Assembly: GCA_963768655.1 (NCBI GenBank)
Contig: CAVYIM010000003.1
Location: 768,001 to 832,000, forward strand
Length of the DNA: 64,000 bases
Source of the DNA: an uncultured Chloroflexia bacterium
GTDB taxonomy: Bacteria > Chloroflexota > Limnocylindria > Limnocylindrales > CSP1-4
Reading direction: 5' to 3'
In this document: one piece after another, positions 1 through 9,898 of the stretch
Layout of the letters: each line of letters opens with the position of its first letter
How positions within the stretch are numbered: position 1 is the first letter of the stretch
Position numbers and translations under genes: made by a program
Notes under the pieces: generated by a model
What the model was told of the DNA's origin: nothing
Database searches by the model: none
Seen by the model: the letters and a program-made list of their open reading frames with translations, nothing else

Positions 1-918
1 GAGACGGCCGAGGACGAGGAGCCCTCCGAGCCGGCGGGCCCCGTCGACGAGCTCTTGGCGCTAATCCGAAACGAGCTCGACCGCGGCACGAACCGCCGCG
101 TTCGCCAGATCGAGCCCGGTCAGTACTGGCTCGGTTCGGAGGAGGACCGCTCCGGGGCCGCTCAACCCCTGGCGGATCGGACGGAGTGGGCCGTCTTCAG
201 CCTCCTCTCGTCATCGCGCCAGATGTCGGAGGCGGCCGTCTTCGAGCGGACGATGGGCCTCTTCCAGGATCGCGACGTTCCGGATGGCGAGCTGATGCGA
301 GCCTGCCTGATGAGCTACAGCGCGCCGGGCAGCACGCCTGAGGCGGTCGCGACCGCCGATCAGCTGGAGCGACGCTCGGCCGAGCACGACGCCATGATCG
401 CTGCCATAGCGGATCTGGGCCATCGCCTCGGGACGCGCGTCTGGATCGGGCGCCGCCAGCAGGCCCGCCGCTTCGACGGCCGCCCGCTGGCCGATCGGCT
501 CGACATGGAGGAGCGCGACATCGTGCCGACCGTGATCGCCTGGGGTCCGGAGGCCGAGCTCGAGCGCGTCGACTGCGCCTGGTACGTCCGCCACAAGGCG
601 ACCTTCTTGTTCGAGGTCGAATGGACGGCAATGCTCGGCGATCCGGTCCTGGTGCGCCACAGTCGCTTCCCGAGCGACGACAAGGTCGTTCGCTTCCTCG
701 TCATCCCGCCCGAGCGCGCGGAGCTGGTGCGCTACAAGCTCGCCCGTTCGCCGTTGCTCCGCCGGGCCTTCGCGGATCGGAACTGGCACGTCCTCAAGTG
801 GGACCAGCTGGCCGCCTTCGCGGCCCGTACGGAGGTGTCCCTGGCCGACCTCGAGCCCTACCTGGGACTCGACGCCGACGCGGCCGGCGGCGAGCAGCTG
901 CCGTTGTTCGAGGGTTGA
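1..918 (+). CDS. 5'-truncated protein with C-terminal PD-(D/E)XK restriction-endonuclease-like domain
   Basis: Frame is open from the window start; motif VDCAWY...FLFEVEWT...FLVIPPER resembles the DVxW...FEVExT...lvaP nuclease-like signature. Confidence 0.55.
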   Translation, partial: ETAEDEEPSEPAGPVDELLALIRNELDRGTNRRVRQIEPGQYWLGSEEDRSGAAQPLADRTEWAVFSLLSSSRQMSEAAVFERTMGLFQDRDVPDGELMRACLMSYSAPGSTPEAVATADQLERRSAEHDAMIAAIADLGHRLGTRVWIGRRQQARRFDGRPLADRLDMEERDIVPTVIAWGPEAELERVDCAWYVRHKATFLFEVEWTAMLGDPVLVRHSRFPSDDKVVRFLVIPPERAELVRYKLARSPLLRRAFADRNWHVLKWDQLAAFAARTEVSLADLEPYLGLDADAAGGEQLPLFEG

Positions 919-1040
919 GCGGCGCCCGACGGTCGGCCGCGGTAATCTCGCGACGATCTCGCTGGGGGGTACGCTAACGCCCGAGATCCGGCCGGCTCAA
1001 CGTCTTTGTCCCGGAGGAGTCAGATCGCCAGGAGGTTCCG

Positions 1041-2777
1041 GTGAGCGAGGTCCGCAACCCAGCCGCCGCCGTCAACGAGCTGGCCGAAGGGTTCTGGAAC
1101 GGCCTGCTCGAACTGTCGCCCATCACGGCCACGGTTCTTGGCTACGACCAGTACGACGATCGCCTGGACGACCCGGGCCCCGAGGGGCGAGACCGGGCGC
1201 GGACTCTCTTCCGCGAGACGCTGCACGCGACCGACGCGATCGAAGCGCAGGTCGCCGCCGGTGTGGCCGGGTCGGACGGCGGCGCAGGCCTCCCGGGTAC
1301 CGGCCTCCCGGTCGAGGAGTCGATCACGCTCGACATCCTGACGGTCGTCTGCCGATCCGAGCTGGAGCAGCAGATTCAGCGTATCGACCGGCTGAAGGTG
1401 GTCGATCAGATGGAAGGGCCGCAGACGGTGATGCCGCTTCTGGCGACCTTCCAGCGCACCGACACGCCCGAGCGTTTCGGCCGCTTCCTGGCGCGCATCG
1501 ACGACTACCCACGCTACATGGCGGCCGTCGCGGAACTCACTCGGGAGGGTCTGGCGAGCGGGCTCACCGCGGCCCGGATCGTGACCGAGCGCGTCATCGG
1601 CCAGCTGGAGAGGCTGCTCGCCGTTCCGGACGAAGAGTCGCCGATCGCAGTCGCCGCTATGCTGCCGAGGCCCTCGGACAGGGACAGGTTGGTCGCCGCC
1701 ATCCGCCGCTCGATAAGGCCCGCCGACGAGGCGTTTCTCGAGGCCCTCCGAGGTGCGTACCGTGACGCCTCGCGCGAGGAGCCGGGGCTATGGTCGGCGC
1801 CGGACGGCGAGCAGCTGTACAGGACCCAGGTTCGGGCCTGGACGTCACTGGACCTGGATCCCGGGGATCTGCACCGGATCGGCCTCGAAGAGCTGGAGTC
1901 GATCGAGGCGGAGCGGCGTGAGATCAGCCGCTCGCTCGGTCTGGGCGACGACACGAAGGCCGCTCGCGCGGCAATCGAGAAGAGCCCCGGAGCGATTCCG
2001 GCGACGGCCGACGAGTTGCTGGACCACGCCCGCGGCCAGATCGAGCGCGCCCTGGCCCGATCGCCGGAGTTCTTCGGCCGCCTGCCCAGGTCTCCCGTCA
2101 CGGTTCGAGCGGTGGAGCCATTCAAGGAAGCCGACGCTCCATCCGCCTTCTACTACGCGCCCGCGGTCGACGGCAGCCGCCCGGGCATCTACTACGTCAA
2201 CACCTACGACCTGCCGAGCCGCAGCTACTTGAGCCTGGCCAGCACGAGCTTCCACGAGGCCGTACCCGGGCATCACTTCCAGATCGCGCTCCAGACCGAG
2301 ATGGCGGACCTGAGCGCCTTCCGCCGCATGGGCGCCCGAATGGCCGGCATGGCCTACGTCGAGGGCTGGGGTCTGTACGCCGAACGCCTGGCGGACGAGA
2401 TGGGGCTCTACCTCAATCCGACCGAACGATTTGGCATGCTCGACGGGCAGGCCCATCGCGCCGCGCGCCTGGTAGTCGACACCGGGATCCACGCCTTCCG
2501 CTGGTCGCGCGAACGCGCGATCGCGCAGCTGCTCGACGCGGGCCTGTCGGAGACCGACGCCGCGATCGAGACCGACCGCTACATCTGCTGGCCGGCCCAG
2601 GCCCTGACCTACAAGGTCGGTCAGCGCGAGATCGAACGGCTCAGGAAGGAGGCTGCGGTGCGCCTCGGTTCCGCGTTCGATCTGCGGGCATTCCACGACG
2701 CCGTGCTGGGCCACGGCACACTGCCACTCACCACTCTCGCCCGGGAGCTGCCGGGGTGGCTGGCGAAGCCGAGTTAG
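1041..2777 (+). CDS. DUF885 family protein (putative metallopeptidase)
   Basis: HEAVPGHHFQ, EGWGLYAE, R-LVVDTGIH and PAQALTYKVG motifs; AGGAGG RBS before GTG. Confidence 0.9.
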   Translation: MSEVRNPAAAVNELAEGFWNGLLELSPITATVLGYDQYDDRLDDPGPEGRDRARTLFRETLHATDAIEAQVAAGVAGSDGGAGLPGTGLPVEESITLDILTVVCRSELEQQIQRIDRLKVVDQMEGPQTVMPLLATFQRTDTPERFGRFLARIDDYPRYMAAVAELTREGLASGLTAARIVTERVIGQLERLLAVPDEESPIAVAAMLPRPSDRDRLVAAIRRSIRPADEAFLEALRGAYRDASREEPGLWSAPDGEQLYRTQVRAWTSLDLDPGDLHRIGLEELESIEAERREISRSLGLGDDTKAARAAIEKSPGAIPATADELLDHARGQIERALARSPEFFGRLPRSPVTVRAVEPFKEADAPSAFYYAPAVDGSRPGIYYVNTYDLPSRSYLSLASTSFHEAVPGHHFQIALQTEMADLSAFRRMGARMAGMAYVEGWGLYAERLADEMGLYLNPTERFGMLDGQAHRAARLVVDTGIHAFRWSRERAIAQLLDAGLSETDAAIETDRYICWPAQALTYKVGQREIERLRKEAAVRLGSAFDLRAFHDAVLGHGTLPLTTLARELPGWLAKPS

Positions 2778-2813
2778 CCCTGGTTTCGGACGCCCGCCCC
2801 GGCGTCGGTGAAT

Positions 2814-3476
2814 TCAGGGCTTCGAGGCTTCGCGGAGCATATCGGCCAGGGCGGCGTGCCCGCCCGCGTCGGCCAGGTCGGGCGGCGTGCAGCCATCGTC
2901 GGCGGGTCGAGTCGGATCGGCGCCGCGAAGGAGCAGCAGGTCGACGATCGCCTCGTCGCCGTTGTGCGCGGCCGTGTGCAGCGGGGTCCAGCCGCCCTTC
3001 TGGACGGCGTTCGCCGAAGCGCCAAGGGCGAGCAGCAGGCCCGCCAGGTCACGCCGGCGCGCCGCCACAGCGCTGTGGAGGGGCGTGACGCGTGAGTCGT
3101 TGGCGGCGACTGCGTTGGGATCGGCGCCGCGCTCCAGGAGCAGCCGTGCCACCTCCAGCTGCCCGAAGTAGGCGGCCAGATGGAGCGGTGCAAAGCCGTC
3201 TTCGCCACGCTCGTCGGTCTCCCAGCCCTCGGCCAGCCTGCGGCGGACCACCGCCACGTCGCCGACGACGGCGGCCTCGAAGAGGCTCAGCCCGTCCGGC
3301 CCGACTCTCTCGGCCAGGTGTTCGGCCAGTCGGGGATGACCGCCGTAGGCGGCGGCGAGCACCGGCGAGAGACCGGCCTTGTCCCGGGCCTTCAGCAGGC
3401 CTGCGTCGCCCGCGACCGCCTCGTCAGCCGCCCTCTCGTCCCCGTTGCGGATCGTCTCGAAGAAGTCGGCCGTCAT
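2814..3476 (-). CDS. Ankyrin repeat protein
   Basis: GFAPLHLAAYFG, TPLHSAV and GWTPLHTAAHNG repeats; ATG at 3476 overlaps the upstream TGA (ATGA). Confidence 0.9.
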   Translation of the reverse strand: MTADFFETIRNGDERAADEAVAGDAGLLKARDKAGLSPVLAAAYGGHPRLAEHLAERVGPDGLSLFEAAVVGDVAVVRRRLAEGWETDERGEDGFAPLHLAAYFGQLEVARLLLERGADPNAVAANDSRVTPLHSAVAARRRDLAGLLLALGASANAVQKGGWTPLHTAAHNGDEAIVDLLLLRGADPTRPADDGCTPPDLADAGGHAALADMLREASKP

Positions 3477-4894
3477 GCGCTGCCCCTCCTGGTGTGCTGG
3501 GCGATGTCGCCGAGCGCCTCGACCAGCCGGTCGATCTCGGCCGCAGTGTTGTAGTGGACGAAGCCTGCGCGCACCATGCCGCCCGATTCGGCCAGTCCGA
3601 GGGCGCGGATCAGCTCGTACGCATAGTAGTCGCCGTCCCACACGGCGATGCCGCGCCGGCCGAGCTCCGTGGCGACCCGGCGCGGCGAGTGGCCTGCCAG
3701 CGTGAAGGCGAAGGTCGGGACGCGCTCGGCCAGACGGTTCGGGTCGACGACGCCGCGCAGCCTCAAGCCCGGCACATCGCCCAACGCCGTCAGCGCGCGC
3801 CGGGCCAGAGCTCGCTCCGTGGCGCCGATGACCGCCATGGCCGCGCGGAGTCGGGCGCGCCGCGTCGCGGCCGCGCCACTTCCCGCGCCGCTCCCACCGC
3901 TCTCACCGGCTCCGCCACCGGGCGCGGCGCCGCCACTTGCCGCGCCACCCGTGCCGTACGTCTTGCCCAGCCACTCCAGATACTCGAACGTGGCAAGCAA
4001 CCCGGCCAGCGACTCGCCCGGGAGAGTGCCTGTCTCCCATTTGCCCGGCGACTCGTTCGGGGCCGGTCGGACCTTGTATGCGGCCAGGCTCTCGAGCAGA
4101 TCGCGCCGCCCGTAGAGGAGCCCCAGATGTGGCCCGAAGAACTTGTAGGGGGAGCAGACCAGGAAGTCGGCCCCCAATGCCGCCACGTCAAGCGGCACGT
4201 GCGGCGCCGCATGAACGGCGTCCACGTACGTGAGTGCGCCGGCGGCGTGGGCCATCTCCACGATCCGGGGGATCGGATTGAGAGTGCCCACGGCGTTCGA
4301 GGCGAGCCCGACGGCGACCAGGCGCGTGCGCGGCCCAAGCGCTCGCTCGAGGCCGTCCACATCGAGCGTGCAATCTTCCGGATGGATGCCGATCCATCGG
4401 ACCCGGACGCCGCGTTCGCCTTCGAGTGCCAGCCAGGGCGCGACGTTGGCGTCGTGGTCCAAGTGCGTGACCACGACCTCGTCGCCTGCTTCGAGCGTCC
4501 GCCCGATCGCCCGGCTCAGCGCGAAGGTGAGCGTGGTCATGTTCTGCCCGAAGACGATTTCGCCGGCATCGGCCGCCCCGACGTAGTCCGCCGCGGCGGC
4601 ATGAACCTCGGCCAGCATGGCGTCGCTTTCCTCGCTCGTCGGGAATGCGCCGTCGTGGTTGGCGTTGAAGCGCTCCAGGTATTGCGCCATGGCGTCGATC
4701 GTGCGGCGCGGTACCTGCGTACCGCCGGGGCCGTCCAGGTACACATACGGCCGGCCGTCGTGCTCGCGCGAGAGGGCGGGGAACTGCGCTCGGATCGCCT
4801 TGAGTCCCGCCTCCGTCAGTGGCGTGGCTGCTGCACCCGCGAGCGTAGCTGGCGTCGTGGACGAGGCATGGGAGTCGATACGATCGGCCGGCAT
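3473..4894 (-). CDS. Cysteine desulfurase-like class V aminotransferase (Cys-less VC1184-type subfamily)
   Basis: YLDGPGGTQVP, DHDANVAPW, DAVH, SPYKFFGPH (PLP Lys); GDYYA in place of the catalytic GHHCA; start uncertain. Confidence 0.88.
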   Translation of the reverse strand: MPADRIDSHASSTTPATLAGAAATPLTEAGLKAIRAQFPALSREHDGRPYVYLDGPGGTQVPRRTIDAMAQYLERFNANHDGAFPTSEESDAMLAEVHAAAADYVGAADAGEIVFGQNMTTLTFALSRAIGRTLEAGDEVVVTHLDHDANVAPWLALEGERGVRVRWIGIHPEDCTLDVDGLERALGPRTRLVAVGLASNAVGTLNPIPRIVEMAHAAGALTYVDAVHAAPHVPLDVAALGADFLVCSPYKFFGPHLGLLYGRRDLLESLAAYKVRPAPNESPGKWETGTLPGESLAGLLATFEYLEWLGKTYGTGGAASGGAAPGGGAGESGGSGAGSGAAATRRARLRAAMAVIGATERALARRALTALGDVPGLRLRGVVDPNRLAERVPTFAFTLAGHSPRRVATELGRRGIAVWDGDYYAYELIRALGLAESGGMVRAGFVHYNTAAEIDRLVEALGDIAQHTRRGSA

Positions 4895-5173
4895 GGTGCT
4901 CCGCGATAGAGCGGTGAGAAACCCGTTGATGGTACGACGCGTCGGCCGCCCGCGGCTCGCCCGCGGCCCAGTGAGATCCGCCTCGCCCCGATCGGGCCGC
5001 CGCCGCAGGCGCGTCAGATGAACATCATGCAACCTCACCGGACGCCCTCAAGCTGCAACGAAATCGCAGGGTCCTGGGCCGGCTTGAGACGCCAGATTGA
5101 CGGTCTCTGGCGTTCCATCCCACAAGTAAGGGTAGTGGTAGGAGGACCATTTGGCAGGCGCCGGACGGGCCAC

Positions 5174-5226
5174 TTGACTAATCCTGAGTAACTGTGTATA
5201 CATTAGGACGTTCCGCTGGGCGAGAC
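5174..5226 (+). promoter_or_regulatory. Putative sigma70 promoter and IclR-type operator
   Basis: TTGACT (5174-5179), AT-rich -10-like TATACATT (5197-5204), imperfect palindrome GTTCCGC-N3-GCGAGAC (5210-5226). Confidence 0.45.
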
Positions 5227-5398
5227 GAAAGCAGCGGCCGGGACCTCACCGGCAGGCTCGGATCGGCCGGTCAGCGGATCTCCTGACAGACGCAGATAGC
5301 CTCGCTCCGGTTCGGGCGCGGAGCGACGAAACCAACGGGCCAAGTCTGCCGACAGGCAGATCGGCGGCCCACCAGGTGGCAGCCCGCAAGGAGTAACA

Positions 5399-6169
5399 GT
5401 GGTGCTCGACGGGAACGCGGTTCGGTCCGTTGACCGAGCGGCCTCACTCCTGATCGCTTTGGGGGAATCGCCAGGCGAGGCGGGCGTAACGGAACTCGCC
5501 CGGCGCCTGGGACTCCACAAGTCCACCGCGTCGCGCTTGCTGGCGACGCTTCAGAAGCGGGGCCTGGTGGAGCAGGACGACGACTCGGGCAAGTACCGGC
5601 TCGGACTCGCCGTCGTTCGGCTCGGCGGTCATGCCGAGCGGACACTCGATCTGCGGTCGATCGCGATGCCGGAGCTCGAAGGACTCGCGCGTGGTATCAA
5701 GGAAACCACGACGCTGGAGATCCTCGAGGGCGACACCGCACTGACGATCGCCTATTCGGACGCCTCGGGAATGGGCCGCGACCGGTCGGGCCGAAGCTCA
5801 CCGCTCCACGCCACGGCCCCGGGCAAGATCCTGCTCGCAAATCAGCCCGAACGTGAGGTCATCCGACTCTCGAAGGTCGGCTTCACGCCGTACACCTCCC
5901 ACACCATCGTTCGCGTCGATCTGCTGCTCGAAGAGCTGGCTCGCGTTCGCAAGCGCGGCTTCGCCACTGCCTTCGGCGAGTTCGAACCGTCGGTCAACGC
6001 CATCTCCGTGCCCGTCTACGATCAGCGGACCTCGGTCGTGGCGGCGCTCGAGGTCAGAGCCTCGGGCAATCGCATCCTGCCCAGCCGTGTGCCCGAGCTG
6101 GTGGAGCGGGCCCGCGACGCTGCCGCCGTGATCACGGAGCGCATCGGCGGGGTCGCCGCCGCGGTCTAG
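5399..6169 (+). CDS. IclR family transcriptional regulator
   Basis: VRSVDRA...LGLHKSTASRLLATL HTH; LHATAPGK effector domain; AAGGAG RBS. Confidence 0.93.
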   Translation: MVLDGNAVRSVDRAASLLIALGESPGEAGVTELARRLGLHKSTASRLLATLQKRGLVEQDDDSGKYRLGLAVVRLGGHAERTLDLRSIAMPELEGLARGIKETTTLEILEGDTALTIAYSDASGMGRDRSGRSSPLHATAPGKILLANQPEREVIRLSKVGFTPYTSHTIVRVDLLLEELARVRKRGFATAFGEFEPSVNAISVPVYDQRTSVVAALEVRASGNRILPSRVPELVERARDAAAVITERIGGVAAAV

Positions 6170-6307
6170 GCTCCGGCCTCCTCGGCTGGCCTACGCGCCG
6201 GGCCAGGAGCGACAACCACACAAGTCCACCTTTCGCGGCCCCTCGGTCCCCCTCCCGAGGGGCCGCGCCATATCTGCCAGCCGCGCGGCCCGAGCCCGCG
6301 CTAGGCT

Positions 6308-7243
6308 ATGGGGATGCCAGCCCTCGCGATCAACGTGACTCCGCCCTGGGGCGGTTCGCAGCAGGATCTGGGTCCGTACCTCGGTCCCGCCGCGGCGTTC
6401 ATCGGCATCCTGATCGCGGCCGCGATCATCATCAGGCTGACTCATGTCTTCGTCCGCGGCATCGTACGGACACTCCTCAACCGCGAGAACGTGGAGGGGA
6501 CCGCCCACGAGCTGACGGCCGCCGAGCTCAGGAAACGCCAGGACACGATCGAGACCCTGGTCGTCAACGTGGTCCGATTCTTCGTCGTCGTGATCGCGGC
6601 CCTGATGGTCCTCGAGACGGCCTTCAGCCTCGATGTCGGTCCCGCCATTGCCGGCCTGGGGATCATCGGCATCGCGGTCGGCCTGGGCACGCAGAGCCTG
6701 GTCCGCGACTACCTCAACGGGGCCCTGGTCTTGATCGAGAACCAGTACTCGATCGGCGACGTGGTCAAGATTGCCGGCGTCTCGGGCAAAGTCGAGGACT
6801 TCACGCTTCGGAGGACGACGCTGCGCGACCAGGATGGCGCGGTGCACACGGTGCCCAACGGCCTCATCACGGTGGCCACGAATCTCACGCGCGAGTGGGC
6901 GCGCGTGAACGAAGACGTTCGCGTGGTCTACGGCACGGACATCGAGAAGGCCACCGCCGTGGTGGACCGCGTCGGGCGACAGCTGGCGTCGGAATTGGAT
7001 TGGGGCCCCCGGATCCTGGAGGCGCCGCGGGTCGAGCGGGTGTCACAGCTGGGCGAATTCGGGGTGACGCTCAAGGTCCTGGGGACCGTAAGGGCGTCGG
7101 AGCAGTGGGCCGTCAGCGGTGAGCTTCGCAAACGGATCCTGGCCGCGTTCGCGGAGTCCGGCATCGAGATGCCGCAGCCGCAGCGAATCGTCCTGGCCGG
7201 GCCGAAAGCACGCGGCGCCAGGCCCCGGCCGAAAGCGGAGTAG
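6308..7243 (+). CDS. Small-conductance mechanosensitive channel (MscS family)
   Basis: Three TM segments; GIAVGLGTQSLVRDYLNG...ENQYSIGDVV...VPNG. Confidence 0.92.
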   Translation: MGMPALAINVTPPWGGSQQDLGPYLGPAAAFIGILIAAAIIIRLTHVFVRGIVRTLLNRENVEGTAHELTAAELRKRQDTIETLVVNVVRFFVVVIAALMVLETAFSLDVGPAIAGLGIIGIAVGLGTQSLVRDYLNGALVLIENQYSIGDVVKIAGVSGKVEDFTLRRTTLRDQDGAVHTVPNGLITVATNLTREWARVNEDVRVVYGTDIEKATAVVDRVGRQLASELDWGPRILEAPRVERVSQLGEFGVTLKVLGTVRASEQWAVSGELRKRILAAFAESGIEMPQPQRIVLAGPKARGARPRPKAE

Positions 7244-7310
7244 GCAGAAGCAGGCCGGGGCGAGGGGACGAGAAGCAGGAGAGACGCCCGGCGTCGGCCG
7301 GGGCGATGAC

Positions 7311-8567
7311 CTACGAGGCGCGAACCGATGGGTTGGTGTTCCGCCCGCCGCCGAAGATTCCGAGGAAGCCGCTGCCGACCTTGGCCACGCCGGGCTCGGC
7401 CGTGGCGATCATGCGGTCCGCGAGCGCTTCGATGTCCTCGATGACCTTCTCCTTGGGGAAACGCTCGACGGCGGAGCGGCCCTCGTTGGCGGCTCGAACG
7501 AAGAGCATGCCGGCAGACCGAATCTCCGCCAGGGCGGGCATGCCGACGGTCCGTTCCATGTCACCAACCGACACGCCGCTGTTGGCACGGTTCACGACCA
7601 TGGCCAGGCGCTCGCGGATCTCGAGCTCGACTGCCACCTCGCGGAGCTGGACCGCGGCCCGGATGGCCGGCACGTCGGGCGTTACCGGCACCAGAATCTT
7701 GTCGGCCCGCTCGAAGATGACCTGGTTGAGGGGCCCGTAGTCCGGGTGCATGTCGACGACGACCCAGTCGAAGGCCTGACGAGCGGCGGTGATCGCCTCG
7801 GCCACCCGCTTCGGCTCGAGGATCTCAGTGTGCAGCGGTGACTCCGCCATCACCAGCACCGCGACGCCGTTGTGATGGGCGGACGCGATCTCGGCGAAGG
7901 ACTCGGCCGCGCCCGTTGTGAGGTCTTCCGTCCACGCATCCGCGACGGTGCGGACGTTCTCCATGCCCAGCGACGAGGCCACGTGCCCCGTCACGGTATC
8001 GCAGTCAACCAGCAGCACGCGCTGCCCCTTGCGGAGCTGCAGCATCGCCGCAACGTTGACCGCAATCGTCGTCTTGCCAACGCCGCCCTTGGGGTTGAAC
8101 ACGATGACGATCTGGCCGCGGCGGGAGTCTCCGGCGTCAACCGACGGAACGTCGTCTGTGTGGATCACGCCGCCGGTGGACTCGTCCGTGGGAATCTCGG
8201 CGCGGATGAGCATCGCCTCGACGCGCCAGCGCAGCGACTCCGCAGAGTAGGGGCGAGTGAAGTACTCGTCACTGACACGGGCTCGTCCCGCCATCCCCAT
8301 CCGGTCCAGCGCCCGGGCCGCAACGACCATCAGCGCCGGGATGTTGCGATCCTCTTCGTGGAGGAGGGCGTACATCTCGATCGTTCGATCGAAGTCGTTC
8401 TCCGCGTCCAGGATGGCCACGCCGATGTCGTTGCGCAGGCTCAGGAGAGTCTCGAGCTCATCGGCAGTGTTGACGGCGATGGCGTCGTAGCCGGCCTCGA
8501 TCAGCTGTGCGGCGACAGCGGCCAGCTCCGCGGGCGGTAGGGCGATTGCGACTGCTGACCGGGGCAC
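7311..8567 (-). CDS. CpaE/TadZ-like protein: atypical receiver domain plus ParA/MinD ATPase
   Basis: N-terminal receiver-like fold (VAILD, YFTRPY); deviant Walker A PKGGVGKTT; VLLVD, DWVVVD, VVNR motifs. Confidence 0.85.
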   Translation of the reverse strand: MPRSAVAIALPPAELAAVAAQLIEAGYDAIAVNTADELETLLSLRNDIGVAILDAENDFDRTIEMYALLHEEDRNIPALMVVAARALDRMGMAGRARVSDEYFTRPYSAESLRWRVEAMLIRAEIPTDESTGGVIHTDDVPSVDAGDSRRGQIVIVFNPKGGVGKTTIAVNVAAMLQLRKGQRVLLVDCDTVTGHVASSLGMENVRTVADAWTEDLTTGAAESFAEIASAHHNGVAVLVMAESPLHTEILEPKRVAEAITAARQAFDWVVVDMHPDYGPLNQVIFERADKILVPVTPDVPAIRAAVQLREVAVELEIRERLAMVVNRANSGVSVGDMERTVGMPALAEIRSAGMLFVRAANEGRSAVERFPKEKVIEDIEALADRMIATAEPGVAKVGSGFLGIFGGGRNTNPSVRAS

Positions 8568-8611
8568 TGTGACGGGGTCTCCCTTGGGTGCGCGGGCGGG
8601 ACTCGGTAAGT

Positions 8612-9547
8612 CTAGCCTTCCGCCTCCGGGTCATGTGCGGAGACGTTGAGCACGCCATCGCGCTCAGAGACGACTCTGGCCTGGAAGTTGGGCAGCGTGG
8701 GGATGAGCGAACCCAACGAGATCTCCGGGCCGTGACCCACGGTAAAGATGAACTCGCCGTCCGGGCCGGACGAGACGCCGACGTTCTTGACGCCTGGCAG
8801 GCGCCCGAGTTGGCGCTTGAACGTGGCAATGCTGGCCACGCTGACGAGCCCGACGACGACGACCTGAGTGGACTCGGGCACCTCTGGCTTGGGCACGGCA
8901 GCGGCACGGGCGGCCCTGGCGGCCTCCTCTTCGGCGGCTGCAGCAGCTGCTTCATCTTCGGCGGATGGCCCCGGGGGAGGAGCCACCGGCGCCTCCGCTT
9001 CGCTGCCGAGCAGGTCCTCGGTGCGCATGATCTTCTCGCGCCGGGCCTTGATCTCGGTCGCGAGAGTGCCCCGTTCGGATTCCGCAAAGGTCGGCGGATC
9101 CGGCATCTGCGCGGCCATGCTGGCGAAGACCGTTGGGTCGGCTTCCTGGAGAAGCTGCTCGAAGAATTGGGCGACTTCTTCCTCGAACCCCGATACGCGC
9201 TTCTGGACGCGCTCGATCTCGAACTCGATGGCGGAGTTGTACTCCTGGAGCTCCTGCTCGAGCAGCTCGCGACGCCGGGCGATCCGCTGCTCCGTCTCGA
9301 CACGGATGCGCTCTACTTCTGCCTTGGACCAATCACGGATGGCGCTGACATCGGCTTCGGCGCCCTTGCGCAGGGACGCCGCCTCGTCGTCCGTGCGGGC
9401 GTGGAGCTTCTCGACGTAAACCTTCGCATCTGCCTGGCACTGATCAATCGTCGCCTGCCGCGCCGTCTCGGCGGTCGAACGCATGGCCTGCGTGAGGTCC
9501 GCCAGGAATTGGTTCGGATGACGCGCGGCCGTGTCGTTCACGCTCAT
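8612..9547 (-). CDS. Hypothetical coiled-coil protein with C-terminal globular domain (paralog A)
   Basis: Long charged helical region; clearly homologous to 9899..10606; GGGGAG RBS. Confidence 0.8.
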   Translation of the reverse strand: MSVNDTAARHPNQFLADLTQAMRSTAETARQATIDQCQADAKVYVEKLHARTDDEAASLRKGAEADVSAIRDWSKAEVERIRVETEQRIARRRELLEQELQEYNSAIEFEIERVQKRVSGFEEEVAQFFEQLLQEADPTVFASMAAQMPDPPTFAESERGTLATEIKARREKIMRTEDLLGSEAEAPVAPPPGPSAEDEAAAAAAEEEAARAARAAAVPKPEVPESTQVVVVGLVSVASIATFKRQLGRLPGVKNVGVSSGPDGEFIFTVGHGPEISLGSLIPTLPNFQARVVSERDGVLNVSAHDPEAEG

Positions 9548-9712
9548 CTCCCCGTTCGTTTCTCCGGGCCCCGGCCGGGCGCCGGAGTCTACCCGATTTC
9601 GTATGCTACCCCGCGCTTGACCCCAGGAACGTTACCGCAACGGGCCCGCGGCTCCAAGCGTAATTATCGCGGGTCCAAGGGTTCGCATCCGGAGACTTTC
9701 GCTCTGTTGGAT

Positions 9713-9780
9713 CATGGGCCGGGTGTTGCCGCCGGGCACTCCGCTGGAGGTACCAGGACTAACCGCCCTTCCGTACCGCC
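9713..9780. repeat. Conserved 68-bp upstream element, copy 1
   Basis: Ungapped 57/68 match to 10760-10827. Confidence 0.8.
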
Positions 9781-9898
9781 TTACAGCCGCCCGCCTCCGC
9801 ACGCGTGGCCACCGGAGACCCGGATGACGAGCTGTCGCGACGGGCCGGGGCGGTTCAGAGGCGGGCGACGCCCAGGCGCGATGGGCCCGAGATCGCCT

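Noticed and set aside
3092-4909. 605-aa plus-strand ORF (similarly 32363..34306, 29902..31755, 60098..62089, 59827..61593)
   Set aside because: They overlap well-supported genes in antisense or alternate frames and have Arg/Gly/Pro-rich or otherwise non-protein-like composition
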